DNA from: Eledone cirrhosa
Lineage: Eukaryota
Assembly (NCBI GenBank): GCA_964016885.1
Contig: OZ024761.1
Location: 12,710,001-12,774,000, forward strand
DNA: 64,000 nt
Reading direction: 5' to 3'
Shown: positions 25,230-38,733 of the stretch, piece after piece
Layout: every line of letters starts with the position of its first letter
How positions within the stretch are numbered: position 1 is the stretch's first letter
Position numbers and translations under genes: made by a program
Notes under the pieces: model-generated
Told to the model about the DNA's origin: nothing
Database searches by the model: none
The model's input: only the letters and a program-made list of their open reading frames with translations

Positions 25230-27611
25230 ACTCTGTGTGTGTATGTCAAATATCTGTTTTACTGTGTCAGATATCTATTTTACTGTGTCTGTGTATGTCA
25301 AATATCTGTTTTACTGTGTCAGATATCTATTTTACTGTGTCTGTGTATGTCAAATATCTGTTTTACTGTGTCTGTGTATGTCAAATATCTGTTTTACTGT
25401 GTCAGGTATCTATTTTACTGTGTCTGTGTATGTGTGTATGTCAAATATCTGTTTTACTGTGTGTCTGTGTGTGTGTGTGTGTCACATATCTATTTTACTG
25501 TGTTTGTCTGTGTGTGTGAGTGTGACATATCTATTTTACTGTGTCTGTGTATGTAGGAGTGTCAAATATCTATTTTACTGTCTGTGTGTGTGTGTGAGTG
25601 TGACATATCTATTTTACTGTGTCTGTGTATGTAGGAGTGTCAAATATCTATTTTACTGTGTCTATGTATGTGTGTGAGTGTCACATATCTATTTTACTGT
25701 GTGTGTGTGAGTGTCACATATCTATTTTACTGTGTATGTGTGTGTATGAGTGTCAAATATCTATTTTACTGTGTCTGTATATGTGTGTGTGTGTGAGTGT
25801 CAAATATCTATTTTACTGTGTGTCTGTGTGTGTGTGTGTGTGTCAAATATCTATTTTACTGTGTGTCTGTGTATGTGTGTGTGTGTGTGAGTGTCAAATA
25901 TCTATTTTACTGTGTGTGTGTGTGTGAGTGTCACATCTATTTTACTGTGTGTCTGTATGTGTGTGTGTGTGTGAGTGTCAAATATCTATTCTACTGTCTG
26001 TGTCTGTGTGTGTGTGAGTGTCAAATATCTATTCTACTGTCTGTGTATGTGTGTGTGAGTGTCACATCTATTTTACTGTGTGTGTGTGTCACTATTATTC
26101 TACTGTCTATGTGTGTGTGTGTGTGTGTCACTATTATTCTACTGTCTATGTGTGTGTGTGTGTGTGTGTCGCTAAGTTATTCTACTGTGTGTGTGTCTAT
26201 GTACATATATTACTAAATCTATTCTAATGTGTGTATGTGTCAGTGTGTGTGTGTGAGTGTCTGTGTGAGTGTGTGAGTGTCAGTGTATGTGTGAGTGTGT
26301 CAGTGTATGTGTGAGTGTGTCTGTGAGTGTCAGTGTATGTGTCAGTGTCAGTGTATGTGTGAGTGTGTCAGTGTATGTGTGAGTGTGTCAGTGTATGTGT
26401 GAGAGTGTGTCTGTGTGAGTGTCAGTGTATGTGAGAGTGTGTCTGTGTGAGTGTCAGTGTATGTGAGAGTGTGTCTGTGTGAGTGTCAGTGTATGTGTGA
26501 GAGTGTGTCTGTGTGAGTGTCAGTGTATGTGAGAGTGTCAGTGTATGTGAGAGTGTCAGTGTATGTGAGAGTGTGTGAGTGTGTGTGTGAGTGTCAGTGT
26601 ATGTGTGAGTGTCAGTGTATGTGAGAGTGTCAGTGTATGTGAGAGTGTGTCTGTGTGAGTGTCAGTGTGTGTGTGAGTGTCAGTGTATGTGTGAGAGTGT
26701 GTCTGTGTGAGTGTCAGTGTATGTGAGAGTGTCAGTGTATGTGTGAGAGTGTGTCTGTGTGAGTGTCAGTGTATGTGTGAGAGTGTGTCTGTGTGAGTGT
26801 CAGTGTATGTGAGAGTGTCAGTGTATGTGAGAGTGTGTCTGTGTGAGTGTCAGTGTGTGTGTGAGTGTCAGTGTATGTGTGAGAGTGTGTCTGTGTGAGT
26901 GTCAGTGTATGTGTGAGAGTGTGTCTGTGTGAGTGTCAGTGTATGTGTGAGAGTGTGTCTGTGTGAGTGTCAGTGTGTGTGTGAGTGTCAGTGTATGTGT
27001 GTGAGTGTCAGTGTATGTGTGAGAGTGTGTCTGTGTGAGTGTCAGTGTATGTGTGAGAGTGTGTCTGTGTGAGTGTCAGTGTGTCTGTGTGAGTGTCAGT
27101 GTATGTGTGAGAGTGTCAGTGTATGTGAGAGTGTGTCTGTGTGTGTGTCAGTGTGTGTGTGAGAGTGTCAGTGTATGTGTGAGAGTGTCTGTGTGTGTCA
27201 GTGTGTGTGTGAGAGTGTCAGTGTATGTGTGAGAGTGTGTCTGTGTGAGTGTCAGTGTATGTGTGAGAGTGTCAGTGTATATGTGAGAGTGTCTGTGTGT
27301 GTCAGTGTGTGTGTGAGTGTCAGTGTGTCAGTGCATGTGTGAGTGTGTCAGTGTGTGACTAAGTTATTCTACTGTGTCAGTGTATGTGTGTGTGTGTGTG
27401 TCTATTCTACTCTGTGTGAGTGTCAGTGAATGTGTTTGTGTCTATGTACATATATTACTAAATCTATACTGTGTGTGTGTGTGTGTGTGTCACTTATCTA
27501 TTCTACTGTGTGTGTGTGTCAGTGAATGTGTTTGTGTCACTTATCTATTCTACTGTGTGTATGTGTCAGTGTGTATGTGCGTGTGTGTGTGTCACTTATC
27601 TATTCTACTGT

Positions 27612-27643
<32 letters not shown>

Positions 27644-27792
27644 CTATGTACATATATCACTAAATCTATATATAAATTTGAGCAACATCCGTCTGTCAGA
27701 TGATTTGTATGAATGTGTGTGTGTGGATGTATGTGTGTGTGGATGTATGTGTGTGTGTGGATGTATGTGTGTGTGGATGTATGTGTGTGTGT
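25230..27792. repeat. Compound TG-rich satellite (tcaaatatctattttactg+(TG)n, then gtgtcagtgtatgtgaga-type units)
   Basis: Direct reading. Confidence 0.93.
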
Positions 27793-27982
27793 AAAAGGAA
27801 GGAAAGGGATGGTGAAAAAACTATAGCAAAACAGCAGGTGGCGTTCTATTTGCTACACTGTGTGTGAGTGTATGTGTGTTTTGGTGTGAATGTATGTCTG
27901 TAAGTGTGTCTGTGTGTGTATATTTATATACTCTGTACCTTTTGCACATGTATTACCTTAAACAATATCCTTTTATACATAA

Positions 27983-28912
27983 CTAGCAGAATGGCCCGGC
28001 GTTGCTCGGGATTCTAAACATAGATTGACATGTTTATCCCTCCTTTCTGAAACAGTTCAGAGAAGTACGGAATACCTTGGCCTTGCGACCGTTTGCCCAC
28101 CTTGTTCTTTTACTTGCCGCTTTTGCAGTATTTCGGCCAATGGAGTGTCTCTTCCTTCGAGGCATGACCTAAAAGCAGGACGAAGTACAATAAGACTAAC
28201 TGGTAGAGTAAGGAGTAAACTCGTCAGTGATGCATGTGATTTCCAAACCGTTGACTATGTAATTGCTGGCCTTGTGCCAAAAGTAGTGGGACTTTTTGGA
28301 TGGTATATCAGTAGTAACAATGACGATAAGCCGTCTGTGCTTTCCTGAAATAAATACGTTTATATTTTGTTTTTGTGTATGCAAAAATATCTGTACACGA
28401 ATATATAATTATATATATATATAGATTAAAGTTTAAGCAAAGAATCACTGCTTTCACCCTTAATGGGATCTTCTGAAATTAAAAACATCAATCTGTGAAC
28501 GCAGAAGTAAATATTTCGAAAAACGTTGCAACCGAAGGAAAACAGGAAGACGATACTTTGGTTCATGAAGACGTTCCTTGGCAATGAACGGAAAATAGCG
28601 AAGATAATACGTCAGCAATGAGAACAATATTTATCATAATGTCGTAATGCAGACAGCCAGACATACAGACAGATATTATAAAGGTGCGACGTTATAGCTA
28701 TGTATCTATCTAAAAAGACACTAAGAAAGAGAGAGATTGCTAACCGGCGCCTAGTGCGGTCCCTAGGGCATTGAAAATTTGAAATATTTTTTGCTCAAAA
28801 CACTCACAGGACGATAAGTATTACATGTATAAAGTTTGAAAAAAATCGGTTGGGTGGTTCTCGAGTTTTAGGGAGACAGACAGACAGACATTTTCTGTTT
28901 TAGATATATAGA
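27983..28912 (-). mobile_element. Non-autonomous Helitron
   Basis: Minus strand starts TCTATATATC, carries (TCTG)n, and ends in hairpin CCCGAGCAACGCCGGG followed by CTAG then T. Retains MPRRKRHSIGRNT.. from an ATG at 28165. Confidence 0.72.
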
Positions 28913-29000
28913 CTAGCAGAAAACCACCCACAGTGTGGTTTTCTGCTAGTATATATATATATATATATATATTACACACACAGAAATGTATATATATTTC

Positions 29001-29047
<47 letters not shown>

Positions 29048-29605
29048 CACACACAGAAATGTATATATATTTCTGTGTGTATATATATATATTTCTGTGT
29101 GTGTATATATATATATATATATTACACACACACAGAAATGTATATATGTTTCTGTAGCACTCCTCAATTCTCCCCACTATCCCCCTCTTCTAGTCTGTCT
29201 CTTGCACTCTCTCTCTACGCGTGCGCAAAAAACATTCGCACGCGCGCACGTGTTTTAGCATCTATTCACTCTCTCTCTCTCCCTCCCGCTATCCCCCTCT
29301 CGTAGTCTGTCTCTTTCTTTCACTCTCGCTCTCTACGCGTGCGCAAAAAACATTCGCCCGCACGCACATGTTTCCACTGTCGGACAGACAGACAGACAGA
29401 CAGAAATTGCTGGTTATATATTATAAGGAGATATGCTTAATTTTTCACTTTTCACCATCGCTCCTTGTAATTGTGTTTTCTGAAGCATAACATTCTTTAT
29501 TAACTCTTGATTCTCTATATGATGTCTATGACACTAACAACAATTATGTATCTACCTAAATGTTCTGAAGACTAGGATTTTAATCACCTGTTTAAATATT
29601 CTCTA

Positions 29606-29652
29606 TGCTCTGATGATGTCAGACATCCCTCTGGAAGAAACAATTGTCAGCA
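29606..29652 (+). ncRNA. Minimal type I hammerhead ribozyme
   Basis: TGCT-CTGATGA-TGTCAGA(catccc)TCTGGAA-GAAA-C-AATT-GTC-AGCA: complete core, palindromic tetraloop and GUC cleavage triplet. Confidence 0.72.
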
Positions 29653-30185
29653 ATTAAATGTATTAAACTAAGATTTGATATACTCATACATATAAATGTG
29701 TGCATATGCACATATTTTGTATACTCATACATATATGTGCATATGCACATACACACACACATATACACACGTGTCATTGTGTTGAAAAAATCATAGTTCT
29801 TTATATTTCTGCTTCAAACTTTATTCTATGATTTTAATTTATTTTGTCTTGGGGCCACAGTGTGGCCAAGTGGTTAGGAAGTTTGGTTCACAATCATTGG
29901 GTCCCAGATTCAATCCCACTTTGTGTCATCAGGGCAAATGTCATTGTTCATAGCCTTCGGTTGTCCCATGATTTGATAGTTAACCCATTAGTATTTAACT
30001 CTAGCATTTAAACCGACTGTATCTGGCCAGAATTCTCTCACTTCTTTCTGTTCAAACTGGCTGTAACCGACTGCTCATACTGATGTTAAGGTATTGTTCT
30101 CAAAATAAATAATATCAAAATGTCATAGATTCGATATGATGTGAGATAAAGCCTATACCATGAAAATACAATAGTAAATATAGAG

Positions 30186-30525
30186 TCATCATCATCATCA
30201 TTTTACGTCCAATTTTCCCTGCTTGCAAGGGTGGGACGCGAACTGATTCTGGCTTGATTTCTACAGCTGGATGCCCTTCCTAACACCAACCTCATTTACA
30301 GTAAGTGCTGGGTGCTGTTTTGCTGTGGCACCTCCACGACCACTTTGTCAGTGGAATGATAGGGACCCCAGTCCCTATCATCTCATTTCTACAGCTGAGT
30401 AAACTGGAGCAATGTGAAATAAAGGGTCTTGCTCAAGGAAACAACACATCACCCGGTCTGAGAATTGAACTCACAACCTCACGATTGCAAGGCCAATGCT
30501 CTAACCACTAAGCCATGTGCCTCCA
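30186..30525 (-). mobile_element. tRNA-derived SINE (RTE tail) inserted in a TTAA-MITE
   Basis: Same family as 59502-59838; interrupts the MITE sequence tagagt/aatgtaaat. Confidence 0.85.
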
Positions 30526-30981
30526 TGTAATGTAAATTCTAAAGTGTTAAACCAACCATATCTGGCCAGAATTCTCTCACCTCTTTCTGTTTAAACTGGT
30601 TGCTCATACTGATGTTAAGGTATTGTTCTTAAAATAAATAACATATGGGACCCTATTAGCTCATAATGGAGAGCGAGAGAGACGGAGGCAATGACAGTAT
30701 ATTTGGACCTGGTGTACATGGCTGCGTAACCTTACACTATCAACCCTTTAATTTCCTCTTTCCTTGTAAAGGAATAGTTACTTTATTTGTATGAAAGGGT
30801 TTAACCCTTTAGCATTTACATTGTTTTATATATATTAAATGCTAAAGGGTTAACATAGTTGACACAATAAAAAACTAACTACATGTAAATGAAACTTCAT
30901 TGTTTTTCTTAATATATACACTCTACTTGTCCATTGAGTGCTACTTTTAGTACCACCACCAGTGATTCACTAAATAACATA

Positions 30982-31055
<74 letters not shown>

Positions 31056-31436
31056 GTTGTACTATAAATGTGGTTGGCATTAGGAAGGGCATCCAGCTGT
31101 AGAAACCAAGCCAAAATCAGTTCTCTCTAAGCAAGACATGGTCATCTGACTTGGCCTGTCTCACAACAGTAGAACCTGTCTAGCCCATGCTAGCATGGAA
31201 AATGGCCGTTAAGCAGTAATGATGACAATGATGATGATGATAATATATGTGTGTGTATGTATATATATATATATATATATATATAAGGATTATAAATACT
31301 GGAGCGTGTTGGAGTTAAACACCCTCTTCGTATTATAGAAATGACAGTAAAAGGTATAGCTCAATGTAATTAAACAGAGCCGAAGAATTATGAAAATAAA
31401 ACAAAGAAGCCTTCAATACATCAAAAGTCTTTATTA

Positions 31437-31474
31437 GCCAACAATATTTCGTCCTATTAAGGACTCATCAGGGC
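31437..31474 (-). ncRNA. Hammerhead ribozyme motif in a PLE-like AT-rich remnant (~31285-31980)
   Basis: GCC-CTGATGA-GTCCT(taat)AGGAC-GAAA-T-ATT-GTT-GGC. Confidence 0.68.
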
Positions 31475-32000
31475 AATCAAAACCACAAGAAGTACTATCG
31501 GCCAATACAAGCCGAAAACTCCGAAGAATATGGAGTGTACATACACTAAAGTATTGGAAGATTATGGGTAAAAATATATAATAATAATCACTAAGGAGGT
31601 GTATAACATTTAGAACCATATTACAAATATAGTCCAAAGCAAAAAAAACCTAGAGCTAAACAAAGGTGGTTATATAGAGCGGGAATTATATATAATACAA
31701 TATAATATAATATACTTGTAACAATATTAAAATTAAAATTAAAAATAAAAATTAAAATTAAAAGGCACAATATACATATGTATATATGTACGCACACGTA
31801 CGCACATATACATATACAGCAATACACATATCCATCATTAACAGCACAAATTAAACCTTATTAAGAGTTTAAATATAAATAAGTATAATAGGAATAAAAA
31901 TAATAATAATACGTATATCTAATATACATGAAGTAATGAAATGATTAAAAGTAACACATATAATATATAATAAACTATATAATTATATAATATATAATAT

Positions 32001-32035
<35 letters not shown>

Positions 32036-32684
32036 GGTTTAGCGTCCGTGTTCCACGCTTGCATGGGTTTGGACGGGGGTTTTCCCACTTGAGGCAAGAG
32101 TGGTTGTCTTGCTCGCATAGGACTGTCTGGCGGGTTTTCTACAGTTGGATGCCCTTCCTAACACCAACCACATTTACAGTGTGGGGCTGGGAGGTTTTTA
32201 CCGTGTTGCCTACACGGCCACATTACAGCGTGGACTGTCTGGCGGGTTTTCTACAGCTGGATGCCCTTCCTAACACCAACCACATTTACAGTGTGGGGCT
32301 GGGAGGTTTTTACCGTGTTGCCTACACGGCCACATTACAGCGTGGACTGTCTGGCGGGTTTTCTACAGCTGGATGCCCTTCCTAACACCAACCACATTTA
32401 CAGTGTGGGGCTGGGAGGTTTTTACCGTGTTGCCTACACGGCCACATTTACAGCGTGGACTGTGTGTTTTTTGTCGTGACACCTACACGATCTCACTCCG
32501 GTTAATTTACACAAACAATATAGATGTCACAATAATACTATAATAATAATATAATAATATATATAATATATAATTGCATGTAAGTTAACAAATCAATTCA
32601 TATAGAGTTACAGAGTAGGTGAGAAAAAATATAAATTGTACAATACCCAAAATTATGATGGTACAAAAATATAAACATCTTACA

Positions 32685-32733
<49 letters not shown>

Positions 32734-33588
32734 AAAAGAGTCAGGACCCTGGCGGCTGAGTTACGGCCATTTCGACAGCTAGATCTGAACGCAGTTCAGA
32801 TCTAGCTGTCAAAACGCCCGGAGCTCAGCCATCGGGGTCCTCACTCTTTTCCTATTACCCACTCTACTACCCTAAGTATTGAGAACTCTGGTGAGTTATG
32901 ATCCACCTGGTTTTTTACCACACTTCCTTCGTTATATACATATATATAAAAAAAGAAAATGTCCGCATGCCAACACAAGAGCAAGAATGAAGGGTTCATT
33001 CTACTGACATGGCTATAAGATTGAGGCTTGTTTGCATAATTGCATACGAATCGAATGTTATTATTAATATTCGAAAAACTCAGATTATATATATATATAT
33101 ATATATATATATAATGTATACACACACATATATATTTGTACATACATACAACGAGGATGTATATATCATCATCATCACCGTTTTATGTCCGTTCTTCCAC
33201 GCTAGCATGGGTTAGACGGGTTGTCCTGTTGTGGGCAGTGTCTGGTCGGCTGACTTTGTCTTGCTCATACAGGAACTGATTTGGCTTGATTTCTACAGCT
33301 GGATGCCCTTCCTAACACCAACTTCACTTATAGCGAGTGTTGGCTGCTTTTTCGTGGCGCCTACACGTCCAGTTTACACATATATATGTGTGTGTGTTTC
33401 CTTTTAAGCCACAGGGGCACAAAAGAAGGGGACAAATACAAAGGGGGAAGTTTACATACAATAAAGACGTGTAAAATACTTTCACAAATGCAATTTAAAA
33501 ATTAATCGATTTTCCCCAATAGGGGGAGACATCACATATGGGTAACACATACCCCCCCCCCCCCCCCCGAAGAAATGTGCAACCCTCA

Positions 33589-33632
<44 letters not shown>

Positions 33633-33747
33633 CGCTAGTGTGATGAGGTCAGCAAGGCTTCACTGTTTAGTCAGCAGACCACAAGTGGCCAACAAGATTT
33701 GTCATTTATTGTTGTAAGTAGTGACCTAAATACTGAGAGAGAGAGGG

Positions 33748-34277
33748 TGTGTGTGTGATGAGGGGCAGTTGTGTGTGATGAGGGGCAGTTGTGTGTGATG
33801 AGAGGCAGTTGTGTGTGTGATGAGGGGCAGTTGTGTGTGTGATGAGGGGCAGTTGTGTGTGATGAGAGGCAGTTGTGTGTGATGAGAGGCAGTTGTGTGT
33901 GTGATGAGAGGCAGTTGTGTGTGATGAGGGGCAGTTGTGTGTGATGAGGGGCAGTTGTGTGTGATGAGGGGCAGTTGTGTGTGTGATGAGAGGCAGTTGT
34001 GTGTGTGATGAGAGGCAGTTGTGTGTGATGAGAGGCAGTTGTGTGTGTGATGAGAGGCAGTTGTGTGTGTGATGAGAGGCAGTTGTGTGTGTGATGAGGG
34101 GCAGTTGTGTGTGATGAGGGGCAGTTGTGTGTGATGAGGGGCAGTTGTGTGTGTGATGAGGGGCAGTTGTGTGTGTGATGAGGGGCAGTTGTGTGTGATG
34201 AGAGGCAGTTGTGTGTGATGAGAGGCAGTTGTGTGTGTGATGAGAGGCAGTTGTGTGTGATGAGGGGCAGTTGTGTG
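33748..34277. repeat. 22-24 bp minisatellite (gtgtgtgatgaggggcagtt)
   Basis: Direct reading. Confidence 0.95.
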
Positions 34278-35399
34278 TATATAGAGAGAGGGAGATTGTG
34301 ATAGGAAGAGTGTGACTGAAGGGTGTGTGTTGTGTATATATATATATATATAATTGTTTCTACTTTAGGCACAAGGCCAGCAATTACCTCAATGTATTAC
34401 TGGTACTTTATTTTATCGACCCTGTAAGGATGAAAGGCAAAGTTAACCTCGGCGGGATTTGAACTCAGATCATAAAGAGAGGTAACTCTATGCTTCAAAT
34501 CATGGTGCCCGACCCTCCACCGATACTGCTATATAAATAATGATGATAATAATAAAAAGGATGATCTGTTGTCTTCAATATGTTTGATTAGTGACGCGTG
34601 TTTCGCTATTGATCAGCTCAAGGTTTGATCTGTATCGATCTAGCCAGACTCTGGAAACACTCTGGTGAGCCTACAGTAACTGAACATTACATTCCCTAGA
34701 TACATATATAGAAAGATAGACATAGTGTGTGTGTGTATATCATCATCATCATCACCGTTTTACGTCCGTTCTTCCACGCTAGCATGGGTTAGACGGGTTG
34801 TCCTGTTGTGGGCAGTGTCTGGTTCGGCTGACCATGCCTTACTCATACAGGAACTGATTTGGCTTGATTTCTACAGCTAGATGCCCTTCCTAACACCAAC
34901 CTCATTTACAGTGAGTGCTGGGTGCTTTTTTGCTATGGCACCTACACGTCCACTTTACAGTGTGGGCTGAGTGCTTTTTTTGCCGTGGCACCTCCACGAC
35001 CACCTTGCGGTGGGGGCGTATTGTCTATATGCTTCAGCTTGTACCCATGGGAGGTCGGGTACTCTGTATTACTGCGTGACGCCAGAGGTCACGGTCGTGT
35101 CATCGCCTTTGAGGGGTGTAATTGGGTAAGGTCGGCTTTTATCACCTCATCCCAGGTCATCTTGGGTCTCCCCACTCCGCGGTTTCCATCAACTTCTAGT
35201 GCTCTGCACCTTTTTATGCAGCTGTCATCCTTCATACGCATCACATATATTCTTATAGCATGTTAAAAGGGTCTGTCGAGCCGCAGATTATTGACTCGGG
35301 TAGGATCGATACAGATCGAACCTTGAGCTGATCAGTGGCGAAACGCGCGTCACCTATCAATAAATGCAATGAAGGAATAATCAATTGTCCTTGTTATCC

Positions 35400-35464
<65 letters not shown>

Positions 35465-35600
35465 GCACCCGTTTTACGTGTGTTGTATTGAAGCGAATAA
35501 CTATGTGTATACTCTGGGAATGTATCCTACATTACCTATTGAGTACGCTGAGATACAACCGGTCCTGGCATTGATAAATATGGGGTGTCCGTCAACTCCT

Positions 35601-35637
<37 letters not shown>

Positions 35638-35758
35638 GAGAGATGTATCCCGGGTTCAATCGGAGGTGACCACAATAAGTAAGGTACTCAATACATAGCA
35701 GAGTATAAATATTTGATATAGAAATGGCTTCTACAGGACTAAAACTGTAACAAAGGAA

Positions 35759-35851
<93 letters not shown>

Positions 35852-36308
35852 CAGCATTGTGTGTGTGTAGAGAGAGAGATGTACAGTAAATATTGAGAAA
35901 CTGTGACACTAAACTAAAATGTTTTACAGCCTTTATTGTTTGTCTCCTGTATGTCAAGGATAACCGAACTATCCTGCCAACCAAATCCTATGACATGCCA
36001 TACCTTGGGCAAGTGTCTTCCTTCTACTGTAGCCTCAAGTTGACCAAATCTAACCTGTAGGCTTCATAGAATAACTTATAGCATAGAAAAGTGTTGTTTT
36101 TCTTGTCAATCTTTATACTGTGTTTAGAATAAACACACTGTATTCCTGTGTTTTGTAAGAGGTGACTAAAGCTGTTTGGCTGTAAAACATTGACTGAAAA
36201 AGAGATTTTGAAAATAACAGCAGCAGCAGCAGTTTATCCTGCTGGATTTTGAAGGCATGCAGCAAGGGATCTGCAAACATTTGAAGAGACAAGCTGAATT
36301 GGAAGTGT

Positions 36309-36497
36309 ACAAGGCTGCTTCAAAAGGTTTGTGGAAAAAGGACAGTCGGAAAAAAGGGTTTAAGTTATGATGTATATTTTTTCAACGTATGCTCCATTTA
36401 GGTCAATATACTTCTGCAAGCGTTGATACCAGCCTTTAAGTCTAGCTGTGTAAAACTGAGGGCCCTGCGATTTAAACCATGTCAAAGCAGCTTTTGG
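36309..36497 (-). pseudogene. mariner transposase C-terminal fragment
   Basis: Minus strand reads KAALTWFKSQGPQFYTARLKGWYQRLQKYIDLNGAYVEK. Confidence 0.7.
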
Positions 36498-36499
36498 TG

Positions 36500-37415
36500 T
36501 CTGTCTCTGACGCCCTACACATTCTGCCAATCCACCGCCCTAGTAATATTAATAACAATTGCTTTTACTTTTGGCACAAGGCCAGCAATTATCCCAGTGT
36601 ATTACTGGTACTTTATTTTATCAACCCCCGTAAGGATGAAAGGCAACGTTAACCTCGGTGGAACTTGAACTCAGATCATAAAGGGCTGTAACTCTATGCT
36701 GCAAATAATATTGCTTTCTTATATAGGCACAAGGCCAGCAATTTTGGAGGAGGGGAAAGTTGATAAAATCGACCTCAGTATGTGACTGGTACTTTATTTC
36801 ATTGATCCCGTAAGGATGAAAGGCAAAGTTAACCTCGGCGGGATTTGAACTCAGATCATAAAGGGACGTAACTCTGCTGCAAATAATAATAATTTCATTT
36901 ATTGGCCACAGGGGCCGACATGTAGGGGACAATACAAAGACAGGGACAGTGGGGGTTTACAATAAGCTTGAGTAAAAGTGCACAATGGCAAGACCAATTT
37001 AACAATGAAGATATAAAATAAACTAATAATAATTGTTTCTACTTTTGGCACAAAGCCAGCAATTACCTCAGTACATTACTGGTACTTTATTTTTTCGACT
37101 TCGTAAGGCTGAAAGGCAAAGTTAACCTCAGCAGCATTTGAACTCAGACCATAAAGGGCCGTAACTCTTTGCTGCACAGCATGGCGTCCGACCCTCTACC
37201 GATACTGCCAATCCATCGGCCTTATAATAATAATTGTTTCTACTTTTGGCACAAGGCCAGAAATTACCCAGTGTATTACTGGTACTTTATTTTATCGACC
37301 CCGTAAGGATGAAAGGCAAAGTTAACCTCGGCGGGATTTGAACTCAGAATGGCAAGGGCCGTAACTCCATGCGAACAAAGCATGGCGTCCGACCCTCTAC
37401 CGATACTGACAATCC
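36500..37415 (-). mobile_element. Tandem cluster of 4-5 copies of the Nin/Deu-like SINE
   Basis: Repeated ggcacaaggccagcaatt...actggtactttattttatcgacccc...aggcaaagttaacctcggcgggatttgaactc units. Confidence 0.85.
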
Positions 37416-37501
37416 TAATAATAATAATAATAATAATTAGGATGATGATATATAAAAAAAAAATAACATCCGTTTCTTTTTCTTTTCTCTTGTAATTTCA
37501 G

Positions 37502-37645
37502 CAAGAAAGGTTTCAAAGTTCGTTCGTTTGGTACCGGGTCTCAAGTGAAGTTACCTGGCCCTTCTCCTGATCGTCCTAATATTTATGACTTCAACACAAC
37601 CTATGATCAAATGTATAAAGATTTGATGCAGAAAGACAGTGAATT
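37502..37645 (+). CDS. SSU72: SSU72 RNA polymerase II CTD phosphatase, internal coding exon (144 nt)
   Basis: Polypyrimidine tract plus CAG acceptor; translates KKGFKVRSFGTGSQVKLPGPSPDRPNIYDFNTTYDQMYKDLMQKDSEL, closely resembling metazoan Ssu72; ends at GTATCC. Confidence 0.96.
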
Positions 37646-37960
37646 GTATCCCATCGACACCTGATAATATATTTTTTTTCTCTTTTTCAAGGAAACCATT
37701 TTCTTTCTTTCTTTCATTTCACTCTTCTTAATTTTTTTTATATTTTAAATTATTCTTCTATATTTTTTTTTTGTTTATCCCCCAAATCCAAATATTTTCC
37801 CCTAAAAAAACCCAAAAAACCCAAGGTCATTATCTATTCAACTAATCTATTCATCCCATATTCTTCATACCTTAAGTACGTGTGTACTCAACATATATAG
37901 AACTGATATTTTTGTATATATTGATAGATTTTTTTTTCTTCTAATTGTTATTGTTATTTA

Positions 37961-38130
37961 CCGTATTTCCCGACGCCGAAGACGCTTCGTCCTCGAAGAC
38001 GGACCCTAATTTGACAACCAAAAATTTGAAAAAAAAAAATAATAAACAACCTTCGGCCTCCAGGACTCATGGTAGATTTTTGAGACTTATTTTAAGAAAA
38101 AAGTAGGGTCTTCGATACCGGGAAATACGG
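37961..38130. mobile_element. Tigger/pogo-like MITE
   Basis: TA-CCGTATTTCCCG ... CGGGAAATACGG-TA, with internal GAAGAC/GTCTTC motifs. Confidence 0.75.
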
Positions 38131-38353
38131 TATTTAATTTTTTTCTTTCTTTTTGTATGATTTAAAAAAAGAGATTCTTGTTTCCAGTTTTTTAAGAAGT
38201 TTATATAAATATTTCTATCTTACGATAGTTTATCTTATTATATTTGAAAAAGTTTGCTACATTCACTGTTAGTCAGTTAAAAAATGTTATCTTTGTGAAG
38301 TTGACCAATGAAACACTATTTCTATCTCTACCACAGCCTCTCTCTCTCTCTCT

Positions 38354-38406
<53 letters not shown>

Positions 38407-38690
38407 GAGAGAGAAAGAGAGAGAGCCCACACTTAGTTTCAGAAGATCCCGTTAAGGGTGAAAGCAGCGATTCTTTGCTTAAACTTTAATCTGTTCTTAT
38501 AATAAATATATATATATATATATATATATATTCGGATTCAATCGGGGGTAACCAAAGTAAGTAAGGTACTCAATACATAGTAGAGTACATAATGTTTAAT
38601 ATAGAAATGGCTTCTACAGGACTAGAACTGTTTCATTCAAATGAAACAGTTCTAGTCCTGTAGAAGCCATTTCTATATCAAACAATATAT

Positions 38691-38733
<43 letters not shown>

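Noticed and set aside
27965-27973. ATATCCTTT, a perfect AT-AC U12 donor motif
   Set aside because: No upstream exon or matching acceptor identified; likely chance in AT-rich DNA.
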